Below are positions 48,381 through 61,733 of a DNA stretch of 64,000 nt, one piece after another. Under the pieces are notes generated by a model. It saw only the letters and a program-made list of their open reading frames with translations, had not been told where the DNA came from and did no database searches. Position 1 is the first letter of the stretch; each line of letters opens with the position of its first letter. Position numbers and translations under genes: made by a program. Source of the stretch: Squalus acanthias (taxonomy: Eukaryota); NCBI GenBank assembly GCA_030390025.1, contig CM059434.1, positions 33,852,001 through 33,916,000 of the forward strand, written 5' to 3'.

Positions 48381-50229
48381 GTAACATTTCATGTCATTGA
48401 TCTTTTGTCAGAATGTGTTAGCTGTGAGAATTTGTATAATAGCTCTTTAACACCTCATTCCTCAGCAGACACAAAACAACCAGATGCAGGATGTTTATGG
48501 CAACTGTCTTTTTGCTGTCAATCTGAGTTAATTGTTGGCAGAAAGCCTGAATCAAATAGAACACAAGTGAAAAGCATATGTAATATTGGTGGAAAGTACT
48601 AACAAACTATTGAAGAGCATTTGGATTCTTTATTGCACTAAAAATGGCTGAAGGAACATTGGCAAAAAGTGATTACAACGTCTTTTTTCTGTTTAAGATT
48701 TGGTTCGGGTCATTAATGATGAACTTGTGCAACATTCCGTAAAGAAATTACGCAAAGACTTGCATTTATATAGCGTCTTTCACGTCCCAAAGCGCTTTAC
48801 AGACAATGAAGTACTTTTTCAAGTGCAGTCACTGTTGTAATGTAGGAAACGTGGCAGCCAATTTTGCGCTCAGCCAACTCCCACAAACAGCAATGTGATA
48901 ATGACCAGATAATCTGGGTTGTTTTGTTATGTTGATTGAGGGATAAATATTGGCCAGGACACCGGGGTAACTCTCCTGTTGCATGGTCAAATTCAAAAAG
49001 TAAGTATTTTATTCCAGGTCAGATCGAGCTTTATTGCATTTATGACAGGAAAGACTTGCCATTATGTAGCACGTTATCACTTCTCTCAGAAACACGTCAA
49101 AACATTTCACATAGAAAATAATTTTCATTAAATAGCACCTTTCACGTTCTTAGGACTTCCCAACGTGCTTCACAGAAAATGAATTAAGTGTCGTCACTGC
49201 TGTTTTATAGGCAAAAGTAGCCAATTTACACACAAGGCTCTTCAACAAGTGCCGTGGGATCTTTTGCGTGTACCTGACAGGGCTCCACTTTAACATCTCA
49301 TTTGAAGGATGGCATCTCCGGCACAGCGGCAAGGTGACACTTTCATACAATGAATTGCTTTGAACTGTTATGCAGGAAAGTGCGTCACTGCACAGCAAGA
49401 TCCCACAACTAGCAACAAGATTAATGTCCAGTTTGTCTGTTGATTGAGGGATGAATATTGACCAGGGCACTGGAAGAACTCCCTGATGTTCTTCTCACTA
49501 TCTCATTGTTCTGTTCCCAAGCCATCTATAGACAGTTGATGATCTGAAATCTGATAAATGGCCCCATTCTAGCAGATTCCTGCATGATTAATTTCACAGC
49601 TCTGTCAGCATGAAAGAAACAGTATGTCTGCAGAATGGAACAAATAAGCAGTCTTTTCAATCTGTTAACTGTTTTCACACCACTGCCAGAGGATTAAATA
49701 GGCAGTTTTCTGATAAAGAGACAGAACAAAGCAACTAATCAATCCAAAAACCTTTTTTACACAAGAAAACTCTCAGCAGATCAGCACTCCACAAAGAAAC
49801 CTGATTTACAAAGTTTTCAATTAAAAAGTCTCGCATTAAACTAGTCTAGATAAGCAATTTCAAACATTGAAATAAACTTCTACTTTGATTAAAGGTCTGA
49901 AACATCGACTGACTGACTTCTGTTTTTTCCACAGGTTCTGCCTGACCTGCTGAGTATTTCCAGCTTTTCTGTTTTCTGTATTCAGAGGAATAGCGTGTTG
50001 GGGAGCCGGTAATGCAGAGGGTTCCGATTGCAGAGATAGGGCGAATAGGGTAGACGATAACATGTTGACTAATACTAATATAAATCACTTAATACTAACC
50101 TGTTTCCCTATTATTACTATTTAATTTCTTTTCAACTTGGGGCCAGACAGGTAGACCACAATAGACTTTTCAAGTTCTGTATATTCCGATGTTCTTATGT
50201 TAATCCAGTTAGAATAAATAGTACAAAAG

Positions 50230-51720
50230 GAAACTACTGCAGATGTTGGAAATCTGAAATAAAAACAGAATATGCTGGAAACACTCAGCAGGTCAGGCAG
50301 CATCTGTGGAGAGAGAAACAAGAGTTAATGTTTCAGGTCGATGATCGTTTTCTGCTCTCGCCCCGAACTGGAAAATGTCAGCAATTTTGCTTCTAATTGT
50401 CACCCCTCCCTTCACATGGTCTATCTCCGACTCTTCCCTTCCCTTCCTTGACTTCACTATCTCCATTTCTGGGGATAGGCTGTCCCCCAATATCTACTAT
50501 AAGCCCACCGACTCCCACAGCTACCTTGATTTCACTTCCTCCCACCATGCTTCCTGTAAGGACTCTATTCTATTTTCCTAGTATCTCCGTCTCCGTCGCA
50601 CCTGTTCCGACGATGCCACCTTCCACCCCAATGCTTCAGATATGTCTCCCATTTTCTTCAACGGAGGATTCCTCTCCACTGTAGTTGACAGGGCCCTCAA
50701 CTGTGTCCGTCCCATTTCCTGGACTTCTGCCCTCACTCCTTCTCCTCCCTTCCAGAACCATGATAGGGCCCCTTCCAGAACCATGATAAGCCCCTTCCAG
50801 AACCATGATAGGGCCCCATCCTCGCCTTCCCCCACACCAGCCTCAACATTCAACGGATCACCCACCACCGCCTGCGCAATGCCACCACCAAACACATCTG
50901 CCCCATCCCTTTCAGGATTCCAAATGGACCGTTCCCTCCGCGACACCCTGGTCCACTCTTCCATCACCCCCAACACTCGCTCCCCTTCCCACGGCACCAT
51001 CCCATGCAAGCGCAGAAGATGCAACACTTGGCTTCCCACCGCCTCACTTCCCACCATCCAGGGCCCCAAAACACTCCTTGCAGGTAAAACAACAATTTAC
51101 TTGTACTTCTTTTAATTTAGTATACTGTATTCGCTGCTCACGATGTGGTCTCCTCTACATTGTGGAGACCAAACGTAGATTGGGTGATCGCTTTGCTGAA
51201 CGCCTCCATTCAGTCCGCATGCGTGATCCTGAGCTTCCGACCGCTTGCCATTTTCATTCTCCGTCCCACTCCTACACTGTTCTAATGAAGCTCAACGGAA
51301 AGCTCAAGGAATAGCACCCCTGTCTTTCACTTAGGCACTTTACATCCTTCCGGACTCAACAGTGAATTCAACAACTTCAGATCATAACTATTGCTTCCAT
51401 TTTTTCGGACAGCAGGTGCTAGTAATTGTTCTGCTGTTGCCATTTACAACTCCTCTAGACCCAGCTTTTGTTTCTTTACTAGACCCATTACTACCCCTTT
51501 TGTCATTTAATGAGTCCTGCCCTCCACATAAACCTTCCCTTTTGTTCTTTCCTCCCCTCCTCCTTCACCCCTTCTTCTTTCCGTGGCTCTGTGCTTGCTT
51601 ATAAACGGTTAAATCTCTAACTTCTTCCAATTCTGATGAAAGGTCATTGACCTGAAATGTTAACTCTGCTTCTCTCCACAGATTGCTGCCTGACCTGCTG
51701 AGTATTTCCAGCATTTTCTG
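50230..51720 (+). mobile_element. 5'-truncated Penelope-like retroelement (RT thumb + GIY-YIG remnants) with an inverted 5' pLTR
   Basis: FTWSISDSSLPFLD...YYKPTDSHSYL; FTCTSFNLVYCIRCSRCGLLYIVETKRRLGDRF. 50230-50345 is inverted relative to 51630-51720. Confidence 0.85.
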
Positions 51721-52084
51721 TTAGAATAAATAGTGATTCATCCCACTTATTCTGAAGGGTCTCCATTCTTCCCCTTTTCAGATGCTGGCAATGCTGTGCA
51801 CTTCCAGCATTTGGTTTCTATTCCAGAATACATGTTTCTGAAAGCTGTAGAATCTCTTCAGACATTAGATTGACCCGAGACTTTTGCTGATCCACAATCT
51901 TTGCTCATATCTTGTAATTTTCTCCTGGTTTCTGTTTATTTTTCTCTTGGCTTCACACAATACCATGGCTGAGGGACCAGCAAGCAACCTGTACCAGGTG
52001 TCTATCAATGCTGCTGTGTGATGGGGCACTGGGAGGTGTGCCTCAGCAGTCCCGAGCAACTCTACAGCTGAATTCCCTCCAATG

Positions 52085-52510
52085 TCGGTGGCATAGTGGT
52101 TAGCACTGCTGCCTCACAGCGCCAGAGACCCGGGTTCGAATCTGACCTTGGGTGACTGTCTGTGTGGAGTTTGCACATTCTCCCCGTGTCTGCGTGGGTT
52201 TCCTCCGGGTGCTCCGGTTTCCTCCCACAGTCCAAAAATGTGCGGGTTAGGTTGATTTGGCTATGATAAATTGACCCTTAGTGTTAGGGGGGATTAAATA
52301 TGTGGGGTTATGGGGATAGGATGGGATATGTTAGGGGGAATTAAATACGTGGGGTTACGGGGGTAGGGTGGGATATGTGTACTGTGGGGATTAAAGCAGG
52401 GACAGGGTACTGGATTTGGATGATCAGCCATGATCGTATTGAATGGTGGAGCAGGCTCGACGGGCCGAATGGCCTACTCCTGCTTCTAGATTCTATGTTT
52501 CTATGTTTCT
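52085..52510 (+). mobile_element. V-SINE (HE1-like) with a CR1-derived 3' tail
   Basis: tRNA head GGCATAGTGGTTAGCACTGCTGCCTCACAGC...GGGTTCGAATC; V domain CTGTGTGGAGTTTGCACATTCTCCCCGTGTCTGCGTGGGTTTCCTCCGGGTGCTCCGGTTTCCTCCCAC; tail GGCCGAATGGCCTACTCCTG...(CTATGTTT)n. Confidence 0.8.
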
Positions 52511-52689
52511 AATGTCATTATCTGAGAACTGGGACACACCATCTGGGTAATCTCAGACATGAACCCGTGTCCTAGCATTCCATAATAAAATATCTTTGCG
52601 CTCCAGCCAACATTCTACTATACAGTCGCCAGATTTCCTTATTTTAAAACCGTTGAGTTGGAATGATCTGTATCGATTTTCAATTTGTC

Positions 52690-53470
52690 CATTCACAGTT
52701 CCTCAGATAAGAAGCAGTCAATGCCAGCATGCAGCAAGACCTGGATAACATCCAGGCTGGGGCTGATAAGTGGCAAGTAACATTCGTGCCACACAAGTGC
52801 CGGGCAATGGCCATCTCCAACAAGAGAAGCCTAACCACCTCCACTAGACCTTCAATGTCATTACCATCGATAAGCCCCTGGCATCAACATCCTGGGGAAT
52901 CACCATTGGCCAGAAACTAAATGGGACAGCCACATAAATGCTGTGGCTACTAGACCAGGTCAGAGGCTGGGTCACCTCCTGACACCGCAAAGCTTCTCCA
53001 CCACTTACAAGGCACAAGTCAGGAGTGTGATAGAGTACTCTCCACTTGCCTGGACAGGGGCAGTTGCAACAACATTCAAGACGTTCGACATGATTCAGGA
53101 CACCGCTTGAAATGCATCCAATCCACTGGCTAAAACATCCACTCCCTCCACCACCGGACTACCGTGGCTGCAGTGTGTACTATCTACAGGATGCACTGCA
53201 GCAAATCGGCAAGATTCTTCGGCAGCACCTCCCAAACCCGCGACCTCCACCGCCTAGAAGGGCAAGGGCAGCAGGTGCATGGGAACACCACCACCTCCAA
53301 GTTCGCCTCCATCCCAACTTGGATCTATATCGCTAACCCTTCATCGGCACTGGGTCAAAATTCTGGAACTCCCTACCCAACAGCATTGTGGGAGTACCTT
53401 CACCACATGGACAGCAGCAGTTTAAGAAGGAGGCCCACCACCAACTTCTCAAGCGCAACTAGGCAATAAA
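52690..53470 (+). mobile_element. Second-family LINE 3' fragment
   Basis: MQQDLDNIQAGADKWQVTFVPHKC; homologous to 19840-20645. Confidence 0.8.
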
Positions 53471-53582
53471 TGCCAGCAACAACAAAAAGCCCAAAAATGA
53501 TTTTTTTTAAATGTATCAGGAAATAACAAACTATTGTATGATATGAGAAGTTTAATACATTTTTACAATGACATGTCATATT

Positions 53583-55081
53583 GGCCCAGATTTTCCAGGG
53601 CCTATGGCCGGAAGTGCCCCGCAAGTTCCAGGTTTCCTCAAAAACCCGGAACTTGCGATCCGTCAAGAATCTTCTTGACAGTTCATCCGCATCCCCAGGA
53701 AATGGACATTCGCTGGTGGAGAGTTGGGCTATTTGTCCAACTACTGCCCAGCGAATGCCCATGAAACTCTTACGCCTGGTAAAAGCAGGCGTAAGGCCTT
53801 CTTTTACCAGTGTAAGGGTTTAAATAAATATTAAAATAAACATTTTAAAATCAGTTTAACATTCAAAAACCTGTAAAATAAGTTTAGGATATTTTTGGCT
53901 GCTTGAAAAATGTTTAAATTTATTTTTCAAAAAATTAAATTTCTGTTTTAAATGGTTAATTAAATGGTATTTCAATTATTTTTAAACATTGGCCCAGAAA
54001 TTCGTCCGAATACGGGAGAGTACGCACTGTGTACTCACCCATATTCGGTCCCGAAGTGCCGGTTTCCTGCATGCACTGCGCATGCGCGGGAAACCGGCAC
54101 TTCCGATATTGCGAAGGGGACGGTTCCTAAGTGAACCGCGTGCGCACTACAGGCTGTGCGCACGCAGCACACTTAGTTTTTTTTTCAGGTTTGAACGCGA
54201 AGGTAAGTGTTGAAGATTTTACACATAAAGAAAGCAGGCGTAGGACCCCCTTTTAACAGGGTAAGTAGTTAATTAAGTATTATTTTTAAAAAATTTCAAC
54301 AGGTTTATCTTTTTTAGAGACTTTAAAGAAAGGTAAGTTTATTTTTATAACTTTTAAAAAGAATTTAAATTTTTTCAAAAATTTTAATTTTTGTTTAAAG
54401 TGGTTAATTTATTTAACTATAGTTATTTTATTAATGTGATGGTTTTTGAAAAAAAATTAATTGAGGTTTAGCTGTTCTTTTGGGGGCAAGTTGTATTCAT
54501 AGCTTTGACAGCTCTTCCTGTCAAAACTATGAATGAAAGATGGTGTGCTGCCATTGGCTCTAACTGGCCCACGTGATCCCAGAGGTCGCATCGAACTAAC
54601 TGCGCCTCTGGGACACGCACACACTGCGCGCCGGCATCAGGGAGAGGCCCGGGACCCGAAGTTCGTGTGGGCCAAAACCATAAAGGCAGGCGCGGAGTGC
54701 GATATCGCGGGGGATCCTTACCCCCGCGGCAACCATCGAAGTCCAATTTCTGGGCCGTAATGATTTATTTTTATTTCAGTGTTGTGTACATGTATTTTTT
54801 GGGGTGATTCCTATTAAACTTACGTGGATTCCGTATGCAAATGAAATCCCCATAAGCATAATGGGAATCCCCTTTCTGATTGGTTGGGCTGGCCCACGTG
54901 ATCCCAGAGGCGCTTGCAAACCACATGCACCCCTGGGAAACGTGGGCCTCTACCCAGGCCTACACATAGAGGCCCAGGAACGCGAGTCTCTGTGGAACCA
55001 GGACCATCAGGTAGGTGCATAGATTTATTCCGGTTTGAAGGCATCCGCCCGCGGGAAGCCTCCGACCGCAAATTCAGGCCC
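53583..55081. mobile_element. Family C-related MITE containing a nested family C MITE (53991-54756)
   Basis: Outer TIRs GGCCCAGATTTT / AAATTCAGGCCC with TSD ATT. Inner TIRs GGCCCAGAAATT / AATTTCTGGGCC. Confidence 0.75.
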
Positions 55082-55930
55082 ATTATTGTTGTTAGTGAAG
55101 TAGTGCATGGCAATTAAGTATACATCAGCATTTTATTATTTAAACTTTCCCCCACTTTTTGATGTGAACAATTGCACGAGTCAGGGTTAGAATCATAGAA
55201 ACGTACAGCACAGAAGGAGGCCATTCGGCCTGTCGTGCCTGTGCTGGCTCTTTGAAAGCGCGGTTGTGCTTAGTCCCATATCCCCGCTTTTTGCCTGTAA
55301 CTCTGTCAGTTCCTCATCCTCAAGTACCTTTCCAACTCCCTTTTAAAATTATTTATGGAATCAGCTTCCACCACCTTTTCAGGTAGAGCGTTCCAGATCC
55401 CAACAACTCTGAATGAAAAAAATGTCCTTATCTCCCCTCTAGATCTTTTGCCAATGATTTTGAATCTATGACCTCTGGTTATTGACCCACTCACCAGAGG
55501 GAATAGGTTTTCTCTCTCTACTCTATCATCATCTTGAAAACCTCTATTAAGTCACCTCTTAACCTTCTCAGTTCCAAGGAGAACAGTCCTAACTTTTCTA
55601 ACCTCTCCTCATAACTGAAGTCCCTCATCCCTGGTAACAACCTGGTAAACCTCCTCTGTACCCTTTCTAAGGCCTTTACATCTTTCCTGAAGTGTGGTGC
55701 CCAAAATTGCCCACAATACTTCAGCTGAGGCCTAACCAGTGATTTATAAAGTTCTAGCATGTTCTCTTTGCTTTTGTACTCTATTCCTCTATTTATAAAC
55801 CCAAGTAATCCATATGCTTTATTAACCACCTTATCAACTTGCCCTGCCACCTTTAAGGATTTGAGTATCTGGACACCAAGGTCTCTCTGCTCATCTACAC
55901 TTTTCAAAATCATGCCATTTATAGTATAAT

Positions 55931-57795
55931 GGACCGTATTTTTAGATCCCTACGGGTGTGTATGAGGTGTGTACACACCCGTAGGGACATCGGAAATGTC
56001 GATTTCAGGCATGCGAAGTGCATGCGCTTAAAACCAGCATTTCCGATGTCAAGAATCCTCTTGACAGATCAGATGCCTGCCCTGGAGAAGGGCCTCCGCG
56101 GGTGGAGAGTTCCACTTTCTGCAGAACCTCCGCCCGCTGAAATCACTTAAAACATAGAAAAATAGGAGTAGGCCATTCGGCCCTTCGAGCCTGCTCCGCC
56201 ATTCAATATGATCATGGCTGATCCTCTATCTCAATACCATATTCCCGCTCTCTCTCCATACCCCTTGACGCCTTTTGCGTCTAGAAATCTATCTATCTCC
56301 TTCTTAAATATATTCAGTAACTTGGCCGCCACAGCCTTCTGTGGTAGAGAATTCCATAGGTTCACCACCCTCTGAGTGAAGAAATTTCTCCTCATCTCAG
56401 TCCTAAATATCCTACCCCGTATCCTGAGACTGTGACCCCTCGTTCTAGAGCCCCCAGCCAGTGGAAACATCCTCCCTGCATCCAGTCTGTCTAGCCCTGT
56501 CAGAATTTTATACGTTTCAATGAAATCCCCTCTCATTCTTCTAAACTCTAGTGAATACAGGCCTAGTCGACCCAATCACTCCTCATAGGACAGTCCTGCC
56601 ATCCCAGGAATCAGTCTGGTGAACCTTCGCTGCACTCCCTCTATGGCAAGTATAACCTTTCTTAGGTAAGGAGACCAAAACTGCGCACAGTACTCCAGGT
56701 GTGGTCTCACCAAGGCCCTGTATAACTGTAGTAAGACATCCTTGCTCCTGTACTCAAATCCTCTTGCAATGAAGGACAACGTACCATTTGCCTTCCTAAC
56801 TGCTTGCTGCACCTGCATGTTTGCTTTCAGTGACTGGTGACACCCAGGTCCCTTTGTACATCAACATTTCCCAATCTATCACCATTTAAATAATACTCTG
56901 CCTTTCTGTTTTTCCTACCGAAGTGGATCACTTCACATTTATCCACGTTATACTGCATCTGCCATGTATTTGCCCACTCACTCAACTTGTCGAAATCGCC
57001 TTGAAGCCTCTTTGCATCCTCTTCACAACTCTCAATCCCACCTAGTTTCGTAACGTCAGCAAACTTGGAAATATTACATTTGGTTCCCTCATCCAACTCA
57101 TTGATATATATTGTGAATAGCTGGGGCCAAAGCACTGATCCCTGCGGTACCCCACTAGTCACCGCCGGCCACCCTGAAAAAGACCCATCTATTCCTACTA
57201 TCTGTTTCCTGTCTGTTAACCAATTTTCAATCCATGCCAGTATATTACCCCCAATCCCATGTGCTTTAATTTTGCACACTAACCTCTTATGTGGGACTTT
57301 AAGGCCTGCTTTTACCAGCATAAGAGTTTTAAAAAGTTTTTTTTTTTAATTTCACTCATTTATAATTTTAAAATACTTAAAAAAAAAGTTTATTTTTAGC
57401 CCTGTAAAAAACTAATTTTTTTCTCAATATTAAATTTGTTTAAAATATTTAATTTAATGTAATTTTAACTCATTTTAAAAACGTGATTTAAAAAAAATGT
57501 ATTTAATGTTTTATTGTCTTTTTTCAGTGATCCCCATTCAGATATTTGACAGGTCTACCTGTCAAATGTTTGAAGGGAGATTCCCTTCTCCCATTGGCTT
57601 GCCTGGCCCACGTGATCCCAGGGACGCTTGCGAACCGCCTGTGCCCCTGGGATACCTGGGCCCTGCGTATTTCGACTGTGGAGAGGCCCAGCATCGGAAG
57701 TGGCCGGACCTCGGGAGCCCTCAGGTAAGGGCGTAGATTTTTTCCCGATAGGAGGCATCCGCACGCAGGAAGCCTCCTATCGGAAATTACGGGCC
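55931..57795. mobile_element. Family C-related MITE containing a younger CR1 (56151-57297, minus strand)
   Basis: TIRs GGACCGTATTT / AAATTACGGGCC. Inner ORFs 56231-57321 are CR1 RT and C-terminal sequence (GVPQG, SKFAD, RPHLEYC). Confidence 0.75.
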
Positions 57796-59128
57796 ATTGT
57801 CTTTCCATATTAGTCCTCCCAAAGTATATCACCTCACACTTCACCGCATTGAACTCCATCTGCCATGTTTCTGCCCATTCACCATCCTGTCTACGTCATC
57901 CTGAAGCCTATAACTATACTCATCACTATGTACTACTCTGCCAATTTTCGTATCATCTGCAAACTTTATAATGCTGCTCCCTACACCAGAGTCTAGGGTC
58001 ATTCATAAAAATTGACAGACCTAGAACTGGCCCTTGGGGAACACCACCTCCCAGTCTGAAAAACATCCATCCACCACCATCCTTTGCTTCCAGTCACTGA
58101 GCCAATTTTGTATCCATACCGCCACTTACCCCTTAATTCCATGGGCTTCCATCTTCTTAATATATCTCCTGTGTGACACTTTGTCGAATGCCTTCCGAAA
58201 GTCCATATATACACACACAACATCTACTTGATCAACCTTCTCTGTTACCTCATCAAAAATTCAATCAAGGTAGTCAGACATGATTTGCCTTTAACAAATC
58301 CAAGCTGGCTCTCCTTGATTAACCCATGCCTTTCCAAATGAAAGTTTATTTTGTCCCTGATAATGGCTTCCAATAACTTCCCCACCACCGATGTTAGGCG
58401 AACTGCCTGCAGTTTCCTGGTTTTTCCCACTCCCCTTTCTTGAATAATGGTATAACATTAGCAAACCTCCACTCCTCCAGCACTACACCTGTATCCAATG
58501 AGGATTGAAAGATTGTGATCACTGCCTCTGCTATTTCTACCTTTGCTTCTTTCAGCAACCTCAGATGCATTCCATCTGGACCAGGTCACTTATCAACTTT
58601 CAGTAATGCTAATCTTTTTAGTACATCTTCTCTATCTATTACTATCCTGTCCATAACTTCCCTCTCCTCTTTTAGTGTAACCTTCATATCATCTGTGTCC
58701 TTTGTGAAGACAGATGCAAAGTACTCATTTAATACTTTTGCCATGTCCTCTGACTCTAGATGAAGATTTCCCTTTGGGCCCTTAATAGGCCCAACTTTTT
58801 CCCCAGCTAACCACTTACGCTTTATGGGGGAAAAATTCAGCTAATTATCACCACTGATTGGAAACTTCACTTTTAACGCCCCGGGAGGTGATTGGAGTGC
58901 TAAATCAGGCGCTGCACACCTGTCTTAAGGCGCAAAGGCCGAGGAGTGAGGCGTTAACTCAGAGCGCGAGCGCAGCGCAGGTGCTGCCAGTTAGCGAGGG
59001 AACACAGACACACTGGCGCCGGCCAGTTCTTAAAGGGGGGGGGCGATCTTGCTCCCCAGCCACACCCTGCTCATTGCAGCCTTGAATCTCGGCCTGGAGA
59101 GACCTGTGACTACATTTTCCAGCCAAGG

Positions 59129-60918
59129 ATGGAGAGGGTGAGAGAACGAGCTGAGCGCTTCACCGAGCGGGCCTTGGATGCTCTGGTTGGCGCGGTGGAG
59201 CGCCGAAGACCAATACTGTACCCAGAGAGTGGCAGGAGGCCTTTGCCGCGTGACTACAGAAGAGTGTGGAGGGAGGTGGCTCAGCGCGTCTCCTCCAGGA
59301 GCATGGTGGCCAGGACCCATGTCCAATGCCGGAAAAAGTTCAACGACCTCACTCGGGTCGTCAGGGTGAGTGGCTTTTTTGCAATACCTCTCCATCCCTC
59401 CATCTCAACCTCACTCTATGGCCAGAGGGTCTTAAAACCACAATTAACAACACTCATCCAACACCTATGGCCCTTTCATGAAGCACACACACACATTCCA
59501 TACTTTGCATACAGTAAGGGCTATTCACCTATGGGAGGCACATCAGGCAAGACCATGGCTGTATACAGTAAGGGCTATTCACCTATGGGAGGCACATCAG
59601 GCAAGACCATGGCTGTATATTTACTCAGACGCCGTCCTTTTTCTTGCAGGCCAAGCTGGCGCATAATAGGAGACAGCAGCAACGGACGGGTGGAGGGCGG
59701 CCTCAGCTGCAACCCCTCAGCGATCTTGAGGAGCGCGTCCACAGGATTGTGGCAAGCCGGGTGATCGGTCCCGTCGCCACTGGAGACGCCGACCCCGTTC
59801 TGGACAGCAATGGTAAGGTCATCACCTTTTTGTCCTCTGTCCTTCCACTTGTCCCTCACAACACCAGCCTTTGACACTTTCAATCCAACTTACTAACTCG
59901 CTGCACTTATTCCTCCCTTACTGCCACCCTGTCCTCACGCTAAAGCCACTCTTGCACCTCCCTGCTTTCAGATGGTGATTCACCAGCTGAGGAGACGGGC
60001 CCTGAAGCTGCCAGTGGGAGTGAAGCTGCAGCCGAGGAGGAAGAGGAAGCCGGAGCATCAGTGCCACCCTCTCCCGAGGAAGCCCATACCGACACTGGGA
60101 ACACGCCTTCCCTGGAGGGGAGCAGGGGGGAAGGGTCTGATGAGGGTGAAGCTCCAGGACCCAGCGGGCTGCAGCAACGCGATGGGGGTAGGGAAGCTCG
60201 GGGGCCTTCTCCCCGGAGGGAGAGTATGCCAGCGAGTCCTGCTGCACTGGACGCAGAGGAGGAGCGGCTGATCGCGGAAATGAACACCCAGGCGGTGGGC
60301 ATGCACACTGAGCTCATGGCTGCAGTGGGTAGGGTGCCCGAATGCATTGAAGCACTGGCAAGGAGTGTGGAGCACTTCGCTGCAGCGCAGGCGGATGCGA
60401 CACTGAAGCTCAGTGCTGCAATTCAATCTCAGACTGCTCTCATGCAGACTCAGATTGAGGTCACGCGAGCACTGTCTGCTGCCATCCTCGCTGGTTCGTT
60501 CACATTTCCCCGGGGCTCTCACCGCGCCGCAGCAGGCCAGCAATCTGTGCTCCAGCAGATTGCTCCGGATGCTGAGGTGCTGCCCCGTGGGAGTGCCAGT
60601 GTGCCGGTCGAGCAGGGAGTTGCTGTCCTCGCTCAAGATGACAGCATTCCTGCTGCCACCACTGTCACTTCTCCACTGCAGTTGCCACCGCCTGTAGGAC
60701 AGACTGCTGCCGCCCATGCAGAGTTGGTGCAGTCTGCAGCCGGGCCCTCCAGGCCCAGAACTGGTCGAGGCCGTCCCTCAAGGGCATCTGCATTGTCAGG
60801 GCCTGACAGTCAGCAGCCTTCCACCAGCCTTGCTGCAGCCACTGAGGTCCCATTGCGGAGGAGCAGTAGGGTAAGAAGGGGGGAAGGGCGCACGGGAAGG
60901 AGTTCACCCTCGATGTAG
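59129..60918 (+). CDS. Harbinger Myb/SANT-like DNA-binding protein, three exons (59129-59365, 59650-59812, 59972-60918), 448 aa, apparently intact
   Basis: RAERFTERALDALV...W.EVA...RTHVQCRKKFNDL. GT-AG junctions in phase (237+163+947 = 1347 nt). RRQQQRTGGG motif, then an acidic, low-complexity C-terminus. Confidence 0.8.
59510..59617 (+). repeat. Perfect 54-bp tandem duplication in intron 1 of the Myb gene
   Basis: TACAGTAAGGGCTATTCACCTATGGGAGGCACATCAGGCAAGACCATGGCTGTA twice (59510-59563, 59564-59617). Confidence 0.9.
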
Positions 60919-61229
60919 GAGGTGTGACAAAATGCTGGTCATTTTTTTATTAAAGGCCGAGGTTCGTGGTCAAACTTTTGTTGAGTGTTTTGCACATGAT
61001 CTCCAGGTTGTGAGAACCAGTTATGGTAATGACTGTTTTTTTGTGTTTATTTGTATGAGTTTGTCATGAAGAAATGACACACACAGAGTTTGTAAAATAA
61101 ATAAGTTTTGGTACTCAAAATATACATGTTTGGTGTTTGGAATCATTGGTGCCTTGGCCGGCTTAGGGGTTGCGTGTTGGGTTCATTCATGCTGTTCTCA
61201 ATGGCAGAAGCCATTTCCACAGCAGGGGC

Positions 61230-61328
61230 CTAGAAGCGGCTTGCTATCAGCCGCTGACGGACGGCCCTTGCAGTTTCACCATTGTGGGCCGCCCTCACGC
61301 CTTGGTGCTGCTGCTGATCATCCTCCTC

Positions 61329-61359
<31 letters not shown>

Positions 61360-61733
61360 GGTGGTGCTCCAAGGCCTGGTGGCATTGGCTGGGTCCTGAG
61401 GATTGCCATGTTATGCAGCATGCAGCACACAACTACGATGTTGGAAACTCGCTCAGGCGAGTACTGCAGGGCTCCTCCAGAATGGTCGAGACAGCGGAAC
61501 CGTTGCTTGAGCACGCCGATTGTGTGCTCCACGATGTTCCTGGTAGCTTGATGGCTCTCGTTGTACCGCAGCTCAGCAGGGGTGTTGGGCGTACGGAGCG
61601 GTGTCATCAGCCAGGTGCTCAGTGGATACCCCTTGTCCCCGAGAAGCCAACCAACTGGCTGATGCGGTGCCTCGAAAAGTTCTGCCACAGTAGTCTGGAA
61701 CAGGACGACGCCCCCCATCAGTGCAGCCCCCAT
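61230..61733 (-). pseudogene. Harbinger (HARBI1-like) transposase with an in-frame internal deletion, 167 aa
   Basis: [11 protein letters not shown] joined directly to ...[11 protein letters not shown]...[38 protein letters not shown]...CCMLHN. The HTH region and the AIDC.H and GS.HD motifs are missing. Confidence 0.8.

Noticed and set aside
41063-52170. tRNA genes at about 41065 and 52085
   Set aside because: Both tRNA-like heads run into SINE bodies and LINE-derived tails.
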